Shown here: in pieces, positions 11,350 to 22,984 of the stretch
How positions within the stretch are numbered: position 1 is the first letter of the stretch
How the letters are laid out: every line of letters starts with the position of its first letter
Assembly (NCBI GenBank): GCA_051294375.1
Contig: CM119268.1
Location: 6,391,525 to 6,455,524 of the forward strand
Source of the DNA: Paraspadella gotoi
Taxonomy: Eukaryota > Animalia > Chaetognatha
Direction of reading: 5' to 3'
DNA length: 64,000 nucleotides
The notes under the pieces: model-generated
Seen by the model: only the letters and a program-made list of their open reading frames with translations
Told to the model about the DNA's origin: nothing
The model's database searches: none
Position numbers and translations under genes: made by a program

Positions 11350-14300
11350 TTATGTTGACGGGTCAGTCGACTTTTTAGCGAAATATCGCAGAATCGTAGG
11401 AGTCCTCCCGCCGCTCTCCCCACCTCCGCCCCGGCCACCTTCGTCTTGATTGAATTTGATGCACTTTTGCACTGAACCGCTGACGGCCAGCCTTTTTCCT
11501 GCGAAACTGGAACGGCGCTTGGGCGTCGTCGTCGCTCTCGCCGGCGTCGCGTCCCGAAATTCTTGCGACGTCGACGGCCGCGTTGGCGTCGCTCGTTGCT
11601 GCGAATCCCTGTTAACTTGGCGCCGGGAATCTTCGGTGGAACGCCAACTCTCTGGCAAACGATCGATCAAGGATTTGACCTTGGGTTCCTCCTCATATTC
11701 GACGAAGTTGTCGATTCGTCGAATGTAGTTGTTGTTGTCGAGGGTTTCCTCGTCGAAATTACTCGGCCCCGCTCTTCCGAGGCTCCCCTTGAGGCGGCGC
11801 TGAGGCGAAGCGTTTTCCTCGTCTTCTGCAACTGCTGCCCCCTCTTCCTCCTCCTCGCCTCCATCGTCGGAGAGATTCCTTTTTCTTTTTCGCCCGCTTC
11901 GCGGCGACAACAGTTTCACGGCGCCAACGCCGCCCACAACGAGGCCGCTTCCGTTAGGGACGGCGGTAATGGTGAGCGGCGATCGCGTCGGAGATTTTAT
12001 CAACAACTTTCTCGGGGAAGAGGCGATGGCCGTCAGGGGCGTGGCAGAAGAAGAAGATGCCGCCGCGAGATTGAACGGGTGAGAGTCGAAGCTCTTGGTG
12101 GGAGAATCGAGGGCGTGCGAAAGATGAGGAGGAGAAGAGGGCTTGTTGACGATGGGAGACATTCGCCTGAGCCAGTGCTGAATGGATGGGCTGCCATGGT
12201 TTGGCTTGCGGGACGGCATTCCTGCAGGGAGAAGCAAATATAAGAGGAAAATAATTTAATAGACAGAAGTGTAAATTGTTTTTACGAAAGAATTTGGAAA
12301 AAAATTGCACGAAGCATTAACAAAATCCTTTACTTATGTTCAGTCATTTTCAATAATTTTCAGGTAACCACCCATCAACCCGTTAGGGGGTCCGCAAGGT
12401 TTGCCCCCTAACACAAGAACGTATTGGGTTACCTTTGAGCGCGGCGGCCTTTCTCCTCGTCGTCGGCGTCCTCGTAGGAGTCGTAGGCGTATGATTTCCG
12501 TAGTGCAGAGCGCGTGGAGAGAAGAAATTCGCCATGGGCGAAAGAGTTCGCGAGGCGCTGCTCGAAGTGGTGGGACCGGTAGTGGCACCAGCGGCGATTC
12601 GGTGGTGTGCCAGCGGCGACAGCGGCGTCGTTTTAGACGGAGAATAAAACTCCCGAGTGGAATTTGATCGCGGCGTGAATCCCATCGAAGAACCGGAACC
12701 CGGCGTCCTCGGGGTGGCCGTTCTGGGAGTTCTCGTAGGAGTGGTGGGAGTTGTGCATGAAGTAGTCCTCGGAGTGCTGGCACCGCCAGGGGTTCGTGGG
12801 GTGAGATTAAAATCGGGTTGGGGGACCGGTTCTCTTTTGGCGATCCCCGAAACGACGCCGGCCTCTGGCGGCGCGGTTCGACGATTGAGGCGCCAGACGC
12901 GGACAGAGTTGTCGTCGGAGGCGGTGACCAAGAGGTTCCCATCCGAGGGACACCAATCCACCGAAGAGACTTCGCTGGTGTGACCTTTGAGTTTGACGGG
13001 GTCACGATTCGGAGTCCTCACGCTCCACACGTAGGCCTTGCTGTCTCCCGACCCGCTCACCAGAAACTCGTCGTCGGGACTCAAAGCTGCCTTCACGTAG
13101 AAGGTTTTGTTGTCGTGGCCGAAGAAGCGGGCGAAGGGATTTTGACTAAAGGGAAAAAAGATAAGAACGATTTATTAAAATCAGAAAAGAGAAGGAAAAA
13201 CTTTGGAGTCAGAAAAAACTCTTTGGTTTACATTTAAAAAAATTCTAAATATTATTTTTTCAAAAAGAGTCAAGACGGATAAACATTACACTGAGACGAG
13301 ACGAAGCGGGAGTTGGAATTTATAAATTATAATTTTGGTATACGCATATATTTAAATTATTTACTACGAAAAATTTCAAGAGTAATGGCTGCCATAAAAT
13401 AAATGAAGAATTCTTCAAATTTTTCGAAGAAGTATTTCCTGCTTCCAATTTTTTGTCGTTTTTAACTTTTCGAAAAAGGTCCTTCAAATCTTTCCACATG
13501 ACAAATGATCTTACTTTCATGACAAAGTTGCCATTATGTTGTCCGATTATCATGTTACTTCTAAATAAAATTGGAAAAATAAAGTTTAAATCTTCTTAAC
13601 CGATTACAGATTGTGATGCATTAAATTGACTTAAATATATGTACTTTATAAAGTCTGAATAGTTCTCTTATTAGTAATATAAATGAATTTAATTAAACCT
13701 GCCCGTTAATCTGGCTTCGTGCGGTCTGGTCCAATTTGTCGGTCATCTCCCGATAACATGCCATTATCGAACAATTTTGTCATTTAGCGTAATGATAGTA
13801 AATTAAAAAATAATTTGTATAAATTATTTTCCTTTTTTATTTCGCAGGACTTAATCTGTAGGTCGCAGTTAAACTAATTTAAAAGTTAACGATTTTAGTT
13901 ATCGGGCAAAGTATCAGGTTTTCGTCGTAAACTTCCAGCGAACCAATTATTTTTCGATTTTAACTGCCTCATTCCAAACTTTGAACTGATAAAACTGAAA
14001 AAAAGTATGACAAAAAAGGGTCGAAAATCGCTGCACCTGTAAGAAATGAGGTCGTAAGCGTAGATAATGTCGTCGGTGCACGAAGCGAAGAGTCGCGAGG
14101 AAGTGGAATCGATAACCAAAGAGGTGTAGCCATGCACGCGTCGAGAACACCCTATAGATAACAAAGATTTGTGAAAAGCTTTAAAAGATAAAAGGTTAAT
14201 CTCCTCCCAATTAGCGCGAAAAACTGATGAGTGCGCACGCACCGGCGTAGGACAGGATGTGCGCGGGAGTGGGATCGACCCTGCCACGAAGGACGAAACC

Positions 14301-15438
14301 CGAAGTCTGGTAGAGTTGCCGCAGGTCCCAGACTTTGATGGTGCCGTCCTTGGCGCCGGAACTGACCAGGTGGTGTTCTCCTTGGAAGAGCACCGAAGTT
14401 ACGCTCCACTGAGAGTCTCCGCCCGTTCCTTGTAAAGATAAAATGGTCAACAGTTAGAATGGTCAACAGTTAGTAGAAGGGTCAACAGTTAGAAGAAAAC
14501 AAAAAAAGTCAAGCCAAGCTAACCAGGAACACTGGGAGACGCCGCCCCGCCACCCGCCAACCGGAAACGTTTCTTTCGCCGAGGCGTAGTTTGATTGACG
14601 AAGGACATGTGCGCGTTTCCGAGCGCGTGGCGCGCCTGGTGGTCAGAGTCCGCATCGCCCCCGGCGCCACGGCGACCGTCACAACGCTTGTCCCAGACGC
14701 GGATGGCGCCATCGCGACCGCCAGAGGCGAAGATGAAGGGAGAGGAGGCGCAGACGGAAACGGTCTTCACGGAGGAGGAGTGACCGCGGAAAGTCGAAAT
14801 CTAAAAATGAATAAGAAGGTGGACATCGACCAGCTTTGTTTTGTTTTCGAAAATATGTACTGACCTTTATGGCAGATGCTACGTCCCACAAAGCGATAGT
14901 TTGGTCCCCCGAACCGGACAACAGGTGTCCGGGATCGGCAGGCAGCCAGGCAACGTCAAAGATGGCGTTATTATGGGCAGCCCACTCTTTCACGCATGCC
15001 TTACGGTGATGAATGGTAGTAAAAAAAGTAACTTGACCAAATCTCCCAAAGGCGAACAAGGAGATTAAAGACTTACCTTGGACGCCCTCCTGGTCGAGTC
15101 GAGCACTCGAATTTTTCCGTCTTCGTCGGCGACTGCGAAATGAGTGGACGGCGACGTCGGGGAAAAGCGGACCACAAAAGGCGGCACCGTTACGCCCGGC
15201 TCGTCGCCTTGTAAACAAACGGAAAAAAAAAAAAAACACAAATATTTTGTAATTCCTCCCAGTTTCAAAAAGCCTTCTCTCTCTGACCTTCTATCGAGAG
15301 CTCGTCGTCGAGCAGACATTCCAAATCCTCGACCAGAAAGTCAAAGTGACCCCGCCTTCCGACGCCGAATCCATTTTGGGCATCGAAGAGTCGACGGACG
15401 ACGTCACGTCGCGGATCCGTCGCCGTCGAGTGACGCAT
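11350..15438 (-). CDS. DTL: Denticleless / Cdt2 (CRL4 substrate receptor, WD40), 8 exons
   Basis: Motifs VPPF..FAVADEDGKI, WAAHNNAIFDVAW, SGSGDQTIALWDV, FASGGRDGAIRVWDKR, LVSSGAKDGTIKVWDLR, LFASCTDDIIYAY, FYVKAALSPDDEFLVSGSGD, LKGHTSEVSSVDWCP. A long S/T-P-rich tail ends in a PIP-box-like PTILRYFAKK. Confidence 0.95.
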
Positions 15439-15783
15439 ATCGCACTGCGACGTCCTTTTCCTCCCTCGGACAAAATAAGATCGATCGGCGTCTTTTTTTA
15501 ATGATGTTATCTCGACGCCCGGACAACATTTCAGAAAAAAGCGTTCTCCGGTCACATGTTGTCTATAGAATCAAATCGAGGGGAGAAAATCGTCTCGAGG
15601 GGCGATTCATCGTCCTTTTGTCAAGAATCAAAGTGACGAAACTTTACTGATAGTATTATATTCTTATCTGCAATAAATAACAAATAACAAACGTTGAACG
15701 ATCGCATCGCGGGTGGAGGCAACAGAATTAAAGACCGCTTGGGCTTTGGTTGTTTTCGTACGGAGAGACTTCTACCTCGCCCG

Positions 15784-17796
15784 TCACAGTTTCCTTTTAT
15801 TCACGTGCTTGATGAGTCGGTGCACATGTTGCGAGATCTGCTTTCCGAACTGTGAAAAGTCCGCCTTGGCGTAACGACGATTGTAGCGGGCCATGGGGTC
15901 CTCTTCATCGATCGGCCAGTACCGCCTGCCGTATCCGTGTTCGAAGTCGATGTCGACGAGGTGATGGGCATCGTCCTCCAGGTCTGCCATGTCCTCCAAG
16001 CCCGCCAGGCTCATAAAGTCCTCGGTCTCTTCGCACGTGACCCACTTGCATGAATTGGACGAGAAAGCGAGTCGCGGGAACTTCGTAGTGTACATCGTGA
16101 AGAGAGCAGAGTCGACAACGTCGAAGTTGGAAAAGGCAATTTGTCGAAAATGGGCCGACGCCTCCTTTACCGTACGCGAGCCGTAAGTGTGCATCAAGTA
16201 CGGCATGAAGGGCATGGTAAGCGGGCGGAAAAAGGGGATCTCCCACGTTCGAGACAACCAAGTCATTAAGGGCATAGGATACATGCTTTTTACAGGCTTC
16301 GGCGGAAGGGGGTCGATGAATACGACGCTGCGAACGCAATCGCCATAGGCGGCGAGCCAGGCGCCGGGGTACGTGCCGATGTCGCAACAGATGAGGACGT
16401 CGGCCTGTCGCGATGAAACCAGCGGCATTTGTTTTTAATTCTCTTCAATTAAAATTCAAAGTCATACTTTTAAGAACCGTGTAATTTATGTCATATTATT
16501 ACGACAAACTTATTTCCGCAGAACCCACCTTAATTTCCTTTGGAAGAACCGTTTTAATGAAGTCTTGAGCGAAGATAGTACGTTCCATTGTTGAATGCGA
16601 AACTAAGTTCATATCCTTTGAGATCGTCGCTTGACCAGGGCCCATCTTTAATGACAATGAGTTTAGATTTTAGGAAACGTTTCATGGACCAAACTTTACA
16701 TCTCAGCATCATGTTTTACCCTCCAAAACATGTGACCGTAGTAAGGAAATATGGGTGCTATGATCCTGCAGCCGCCCAAGAGTAGAGGCTCGATGAAGGA
16801 ACGGAATGACGGGGTCGGCGGCTGAAATCCGTGAAGAATGACGACAATGGGGCCGAGATGACGGTCGAACGCGTGAGTGTCGTGGTAGGCCACGTTGAAC
16901 TATCGAAATAGCACAAGTATCTTAAATCAGATAATCGCTTTAAGATAATAATATGCGCAAAAAATCTATCGTGAAATATTTAGTACAAGTTGTTTAGGAA
17001 AAACAGTTTTAATAGTGCAACAACGAATGTATTGACAAGGTTTATTCGTACATGTTTCGACTCCAGTTTGCACTATTAAAACTGTTTTTCCTAAATTCAT
17101 AACACAACGAAAAGAAATAATTATAACAATGAGTACAAGTTGTTTTATTGAATCGAAATAAATTCAACTTCATAACAGATATGATTTTAGATTTCCCTCT
17201 GCCTTTGATTTCGCAGGTCTACGAGTGGACTCCAGACTCAATCTTCACGATTTTTATTTCTAAGATCGTTTCGTTAAAATTTTTTACTCCAGGGATTGTG
17301 GAGCGGGATAAAAACACCGAAAAAATATTGTGGTACTTTTTTCACCAAAAAAACAAACAAAAAAAACCTGAAAACTAATTTTGAACTATCGTACCTTGAT
17401 CCCCTGAGGAATGTCGTCGTCCACGAGGGTCTTCACGTTAGTGGTGATCATCGGCCAGGACTTCATCATCCGCGCCGCCGACGCGGGATCCAAGAGGCTG
17501 TAGCGCCGCTCCAGGTTGCGATGATAAACCGAGAGGGCCGTCTTCTCGCTCCTCTTAGGGGCGACATCATCGATGAGGGGCGCAGATTCGGGATCGGTCG
17601 AATCCGAGGATTGAGGATTAGGAGGATTAGGAGGATTGAGTTTGTGGCTGAGGTTAAAGGAGGGTGCGCTGATGGAGGAAGATTTGGACGAAGATGCAGA
17701 AGAGAAATCGGAAGGAGACTCAAAGAGGCAGACGACTGTTGAGGCGAGGGAAGAGCGGGGCGAAGGTGGTCGGAGGCGAGAGACAATGGAACGCAT
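15784..17796 (-). CDS. Alpha/beta-hydrolase-fold protein (epoxide hydrolase/dehalogenase-like motifs) with an Arg/Ser-rich N-terminal extension
   Basis: Motifs VAYHD..GPIVVILHGFQP, CRIIAPIFPYYG, a nucleophile-elbow-like LICCDIG, and VRSVVFIDP. The internal exon structure at 16530-17390 is only tentatively resolved. Confidence 0.7.
16982..17145. mobile_element. Small insertion with a perfect 28-bp inverted repeat and 14-bp flanking direct repeat
   Basis: TTTAGGAAAAACAGTTTTAATAGTGCAA (16993-17020) is the exact reverse complement of 17068-17095. AGTACAAGTTGTTT occurs at 16982-16995 and 17132-17145. Confidence 0.7.
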
Positions 17797-18031
17797 TTCA
17801 AAAGACGGCGCGTCAGACAACGGCCGAGTCGGACCAAAACCCAGCCTTGCGGTCAAACTAGTTCATTTTAAGATCTCTGTCGGTTAATAGTACATCTAAA
17901 AAAATTGCATAAAAAACTTAACAAGCTTTTTCCAAGTCAAGGCAGCGGAAATTTTAACTTAGAGGGCCCAAACAACGTCAGCCTAGTGCATCGAGGCGGC
18001 AACGTTAAATCCAACTAATACCACAAGTTCA

Positions 18032-20782
18032 CTAGTCGTCGTCGTCGTCATCATCGTCCTCTTCCTCCGCCGCTTTGAGTTTTGCCGCGAAAGGCGCGAA
18101 AAGTTTACTCGTCGATTCCTCTTGGTCTTCGAACCACAGAAAAAACGCGTCGGAATCGGATAGGACGTCCTCGTTGTAGAGAAGCCCCAAGAGGATTGTC
18201 AACACCTCCCTGACAGCGGCGGCGAGATCGTCGGCGCCTGCGCAAACGTCAGCGAGAGCTATCATCGCAAGTCTTTGCGAGTCCGAGTCTTTGACGTAAT
18301 TTTTCAAAAGAGCGAGGCCATGTTTTCGAATGTGAAGGAGTAGTGGTTTTCCTAATCAAATATAAAATTATATACAGTAGTATGTAAAATCCAACCGACA
18401 CGAGACGTTCACACCTCTTAGTCCCATGCTGACGACGGGATCCTTTAAAACGCTCTTCACTACGCACTGTTGAACTTCGGCGATGTAGATAAAATACGCC
18501 TGCTTCAAAGAGTTTATCTCTAAAACGAGATTTTCGGAAGAAACGTTTTCCTCGAAACCTCGACGCAATGTGTCCAGCACCTGGAATAATTTTTGTTGTT
18601 GATGTTGTAAAGCCCTTTTCAATTAATAACGGAAAACGAATAAGTAAAAACGTATACATCAGCACCGAGCAGAATGGTTCAAAACAAATTTTCGCACCTC
18701 CTGCTGAAAAAGTTTGAGATCTTTCATCTCCTCGTCATCCTCGTCGTCTGCCTCGTCGTCTTCCCCCTCCTGGTCAGAGACGTCCTCCTCCGTCCCGTCC
18801 TCGCTCTCATCTTCATCCTCGACGAAGGGTTCCCACCAATTTCTCGGCGCGACTTCGTCATCGTCGTCTTCTTCTTCGTCGTCGTCGTCGGGCTGAAATG
18901 CGTAACCGTGTCCGTCGGAGCCGAGTTTTTCTGTAAAGCCGGAGGAGAATTCCAACTAAGACTGACGCCACAATTTCCTTTTTTTTTAAAAATAAAGGTC
19001 GAAAGGCACCTTCGGCGTCATCCTCTCGATAGGCCTCGTCGAGGGTGAGTTCCGTCCGCTCGGGGAGGACCACCCCGCTCCCGACCTTGACGCCGGATCC
19101 CAAAACGCAGCCGGGGAGGAGAGTGGCGCCGTCGCCGACGCTCGATTGTGATGAAAGGATCGAGTGGGTTATTCGGCAATTTTTGCCGAGGGTCACGCCA
19201 GCGAACAGATGGACACCCTCTGGAGCAAAGAGTGAAGCTGATCACTTGAGCGAAAAATTGCGAAAAATTACAAAAAGGTTTAGTGTCACCGGGTAATTTT
19301 TACCTAACTGGCAATCGTTGCCTATTTCGCATCCAGGGCCGACGCTGCAATTTTTCATGAGAACCCCGTCTCCGATTCGAGTTCCGGCGCCGACGAATAC
19401 GTTGGTCTCGAGTCGCGACCCTCGGCCGACGGCGACGTTGCTGGCTCTGTAGATGGCGCCACGCTGAAAACACACTTTGGGAGAGCTGGGACAAAATGCA
19501 AGGGTCGAATCGGTTAAAGCCAAATATAACAAGAAACCAAAAAACAAGAGCCAAATCGTCATTGGCCTGGCACAAAATACTTTTCCGTATTGGCGGGAAA
19601 GAGATCGGGGCAGAGAGGAAAAGCCCATCGCGCGAGGACTTGGTGAGAAACGGAATTGAAGGTAGAGAGATCAAAGACTCGAGCGGCAAAACCCATTTTG
19701 ACCACGCTTGCGTACAGGGAGTTGCCCATGATCTAAAGATTAAAAGTTTCGCAATAACTCCCTATCTTTATGTAACGCAGACCAAGTTTTTGGTCGACTA
19801 ACCTCTTGATGCACCAACAGCCCCCTGATAAAATCGTCGCGAGTCTGATAGTCAAAGTCGTCAGAAAAAATCTGCGGAACGAGTGGAGAGCAGATGGCGA
19901 TACCGGGATCGAGGATATCATAGCGAAGCGACACCGACTCACAATCCTTCATAGAAAGAAACGATTATTTTCGGGTAAGTTAAGAATTAAGAGTCGCTCC
20001 ATTGACAAAACCTGAAACACGTGGACAGGAATTTCAACATTCTTCTCTCCCTTCAGCTTCTGAAAATGAAGGATCTTGTCGGAGTTTGCATCGCAAGCGA
20101 GAATCGCCTCGTCCGCAGGCGACCAACTCGGGCAGCCCATCGACGGGCCTTGGAGGCCCTCCCTGGTTAAAATCGATAAAAATCTTTAGCGACGAGCCCC
20201 GCGATGAAGGCGAGTCTTCAAGTCTTTTCCACCTCAACACAACCGTCATCGCCATTTGCTTGTCCTTCGCTCTCCTTTGCTTGTGAGCGGCAACGACTTT
20301 GGTCAGATCGCAGTTGGCTACCACGTCGGCCGTCATTAACACAAAGTCGTTCTTCAACGCCCCCGTCTTGTCCATCTCTCGGAGGGCGTCACCCACGGAC
20401 AAAAGGGCGTCTGAAGCGACGTGAGTTACCCGACAGCCGCCAGAAATCGTCCGAGGGTGAGCTTCGATTCGATCCTAGAGGAAAAAAGGGGCGCAACCGT
20501 CGTCTCCAGAGCACATGCGAAAATACCTTCCGGAGAAACAACCTTGAGACTCGGGTGGGCGCCGGTGGAGACGACGAAGATCTCGTCGACTCCGGCGTCG
20601 ACGAGAAACTCGAAGGCATAGTCGATGAGCGGCGTGCCGTGGAGAGGGAGGAGCGCCGGTGGGGTGTCGAGGGAAAGCGGGCCGAAACGAGAGGGAAAAC
20701 CCTCCGCGACGAGCACTGCTTGGAGAACGTCCTCTGGGCGAAAATCCCCTTGGACTTTCTTCGGGTCCTTCGAAGGACCCAT
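18032..20782 (-). CDS. EIF2B5: Translation initiation factor eIF2B subunit epsilon, 10 exons
   Basis: Motifs [50 protein letters not shown], hexapeptide beta-helix repeats, an acidic linker, and a W2 domain with [11 protein letters not shown] and an acidic C-terminus. Confidence 0.95.
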
Positions 20783-20997
20783 TGTTAATGGTTGTAGTTT
20801 GGCTAAGTTTATGTTTGCGATTTTATGATAAGAAACTAAGATAAAAAAAATTCATAGGATAAATATGTTAGAATTTTAATCAACAACTATCCCAAGAATG
20901 AGTTGGGAAATGGGAAATATAATTAACAAATAACGATCATGAAAAGATAACGATAAAAGGGAAACTGGGCTAAAAAAGATTAATTAATTTTGCAATT

Positions 20998-21627
20998 CTA
21001 CTGCTTGGCGGAAAAAAAATTTTGGACTTCTCGTTCCAAAATCGGGCTCAGCTCGATGGCGTCCCTTAAAAGAAAAAAAAATTCAAATGTTGAATTGAAA
21101 AAATCACAGAAGAGAGATGAGTCGATCTTACGCTACCTGCAATATTCTGTCAAGGGTGGAAACTCCTCGACGATAACGTCCAAGACCTCGTTATCGTTTG
21201 TCGCCTGAAAAATTTTCGGCTCGACTTTCGTTGCGTCGATGATGACGTCGTCGTTGACGAGATCGTGGTTGGTTCCCGGATAAGTGACGACACTATTTAA
21301 GAGTATATCATTATGAATATGAAGTGGCATGATCAGCTTATGTGCGTTTTTTGCTATATTTATCTAAGTACACCTAATATAAAACTTACGTGCGTCCATT
21401 AATTAAAAAAAAATCTCTGGATTTCTTTCCAAATCCAGAGACGAGAAGGCCCTTTGCTCTGCCACGAGGTAGTTTAAGTGCCAAAGGAACAGTTTCATCC
21501 TGATATTAGAAAATTTAAAACCAATGATAAAGAAAATGGACCAGGAAAGAAAAATTGATCAATCATAATTAAGGTTTGTGGGAACTTTTACAGAAGCAAC
21601 CTTGAACTTTTGCCCTAAAAACCCTAT

Positions 21628-21658
<31 letters not shown>

Positions 21659-22815
21659 CGAAAAGTTAAAACAAAATTTTTTTACGGGATACTTCTTAAG
21701 ATAACTGATTAGTAATTGGTAAGGCAATCTAAAAGTTTTTTAATTAACTGTTTAGCGGCCCTGAAAAAATATAACTTAGTATAAGAAAACCACAGCCTGA
21801 ATGTGCCTTGTAAAGATATTTGCTATTCGCCTATTTTTATTCACGGTACTGCAAGTTAACCTGAAGAAAGTTAAAAACATTCACTAAATCCATTCCGTGA
21901 AGAAAGTCTGGGAAAACGTGGAAGGGAAACCAAGCGTCTTGATCTTCATCCGCAAGATGAGGAATTCCACCTAAAATCCATTTAAAAATTATAAGCGATT
22001 TTTTTTTTCGTTTCTCCGCGGGTCAATCGCTGGCCTTACACTTGACGACATCATCGTTGGCTATGAGGAGCGCGACCCCGTTTTCTTCCTTTAAATCGGC
22101 GAAATGTTCAAACTCGTAAGTCGGAGAAAAGAACCTCGAACCGTCTTGCATCACTTCCTCCAAGTTTCGGGTCCCCACGACTTGGTAGCTCAATTGCACG
22201 TCGTGTCGTATCGGGGAAGCGCCGAATAGATCGACTAAAGTTGACAACACTATAACCTATTACCTTTCGTTGTCCAAATAATTTCTGAACCTTTAGTGGC
22301 TCTCATGATGGGAATCATCGCTCCGACGTCGCAATGGTAGATGTCGCCCTCCTCTTCTACATTTTTTACGCCGACGACGACGTGCAGAGAATCGCGATTC
22401 GAGGATCGCGCGCTGGTGAAACCGAAGACGATGTGAGCATCGAAGCCGACCGAGTTCAGAAAATTGGCGAGAAAGGCGTTGCTGGTGAAGCAGGATCCGC
22501 CGCGGCCGGTCATGATTTCCGACTCATATAGGCGCCGGCGAGCCTCCATCGACAACTTTGCGAACTGAGGGAAAAGAAAAATGAGATATTTCGAAATGCA
22601 CAACTCTGCTAAAAATGAAGTCGACATACTTTCAGGCCGTTCTTCAACTCTGATATCAAGTTGACTGTCTGGAAGGGCTGATTCAATCGAAATCCTCGAA
22701 CGAGATCGTTGAGGAATCTCGCTGGCGATTGAACAAGTTTCCGCTCAAAGTCGCACAGGTAGAGGTGATCGCCCAGAAATCGGCTCTGGGCCAAAGTCAG
22801 TGCCCGTCTCGCCAT
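20998..22815 (-). CDS. Arylamine N-acetyltransferase-like protein (Cys-His-Asp triad), 7 exons
   Basis: PFQTV (cf. PFEN), GRGGSCFTSN (RGGxC), LHVVVGV, YHCDVGA. All introns splice in frame to a TAG at 20998-21000. Confidence 0.8.
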
Positions 22816-22984
22816 CCTCGTTTTTTTTTTGACAGTTTTTTTTTTTTTTTTAAGGATTCATCCCGAAGAAAAAAACAAAATTCCTGCCAAGAGCTAAACG
22901 ATCCATACGAATATGAAAATCAAAAACTAAAAAAAAAAAACTTGTATAAAAATAGAATGGAATTTCTATCGAATGCATATAAGA

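Noticed and set aside
11450-20828. Plus-strand ORFs antisense to DTL, the hydrolase and EIF2B5
   Set aside because: These are shadow ORFs expected from GC-rich coding sequence on the opposite strand.
19566-22036. Additional GC donors in EIF2B5 (CAG|GCCAAT, ~19566) and the NAT-like gene (AAG|GCCAGC, ~22034)
   Set aside because: Nearby GT donors give in-frame products that fit better, so these were not counted.
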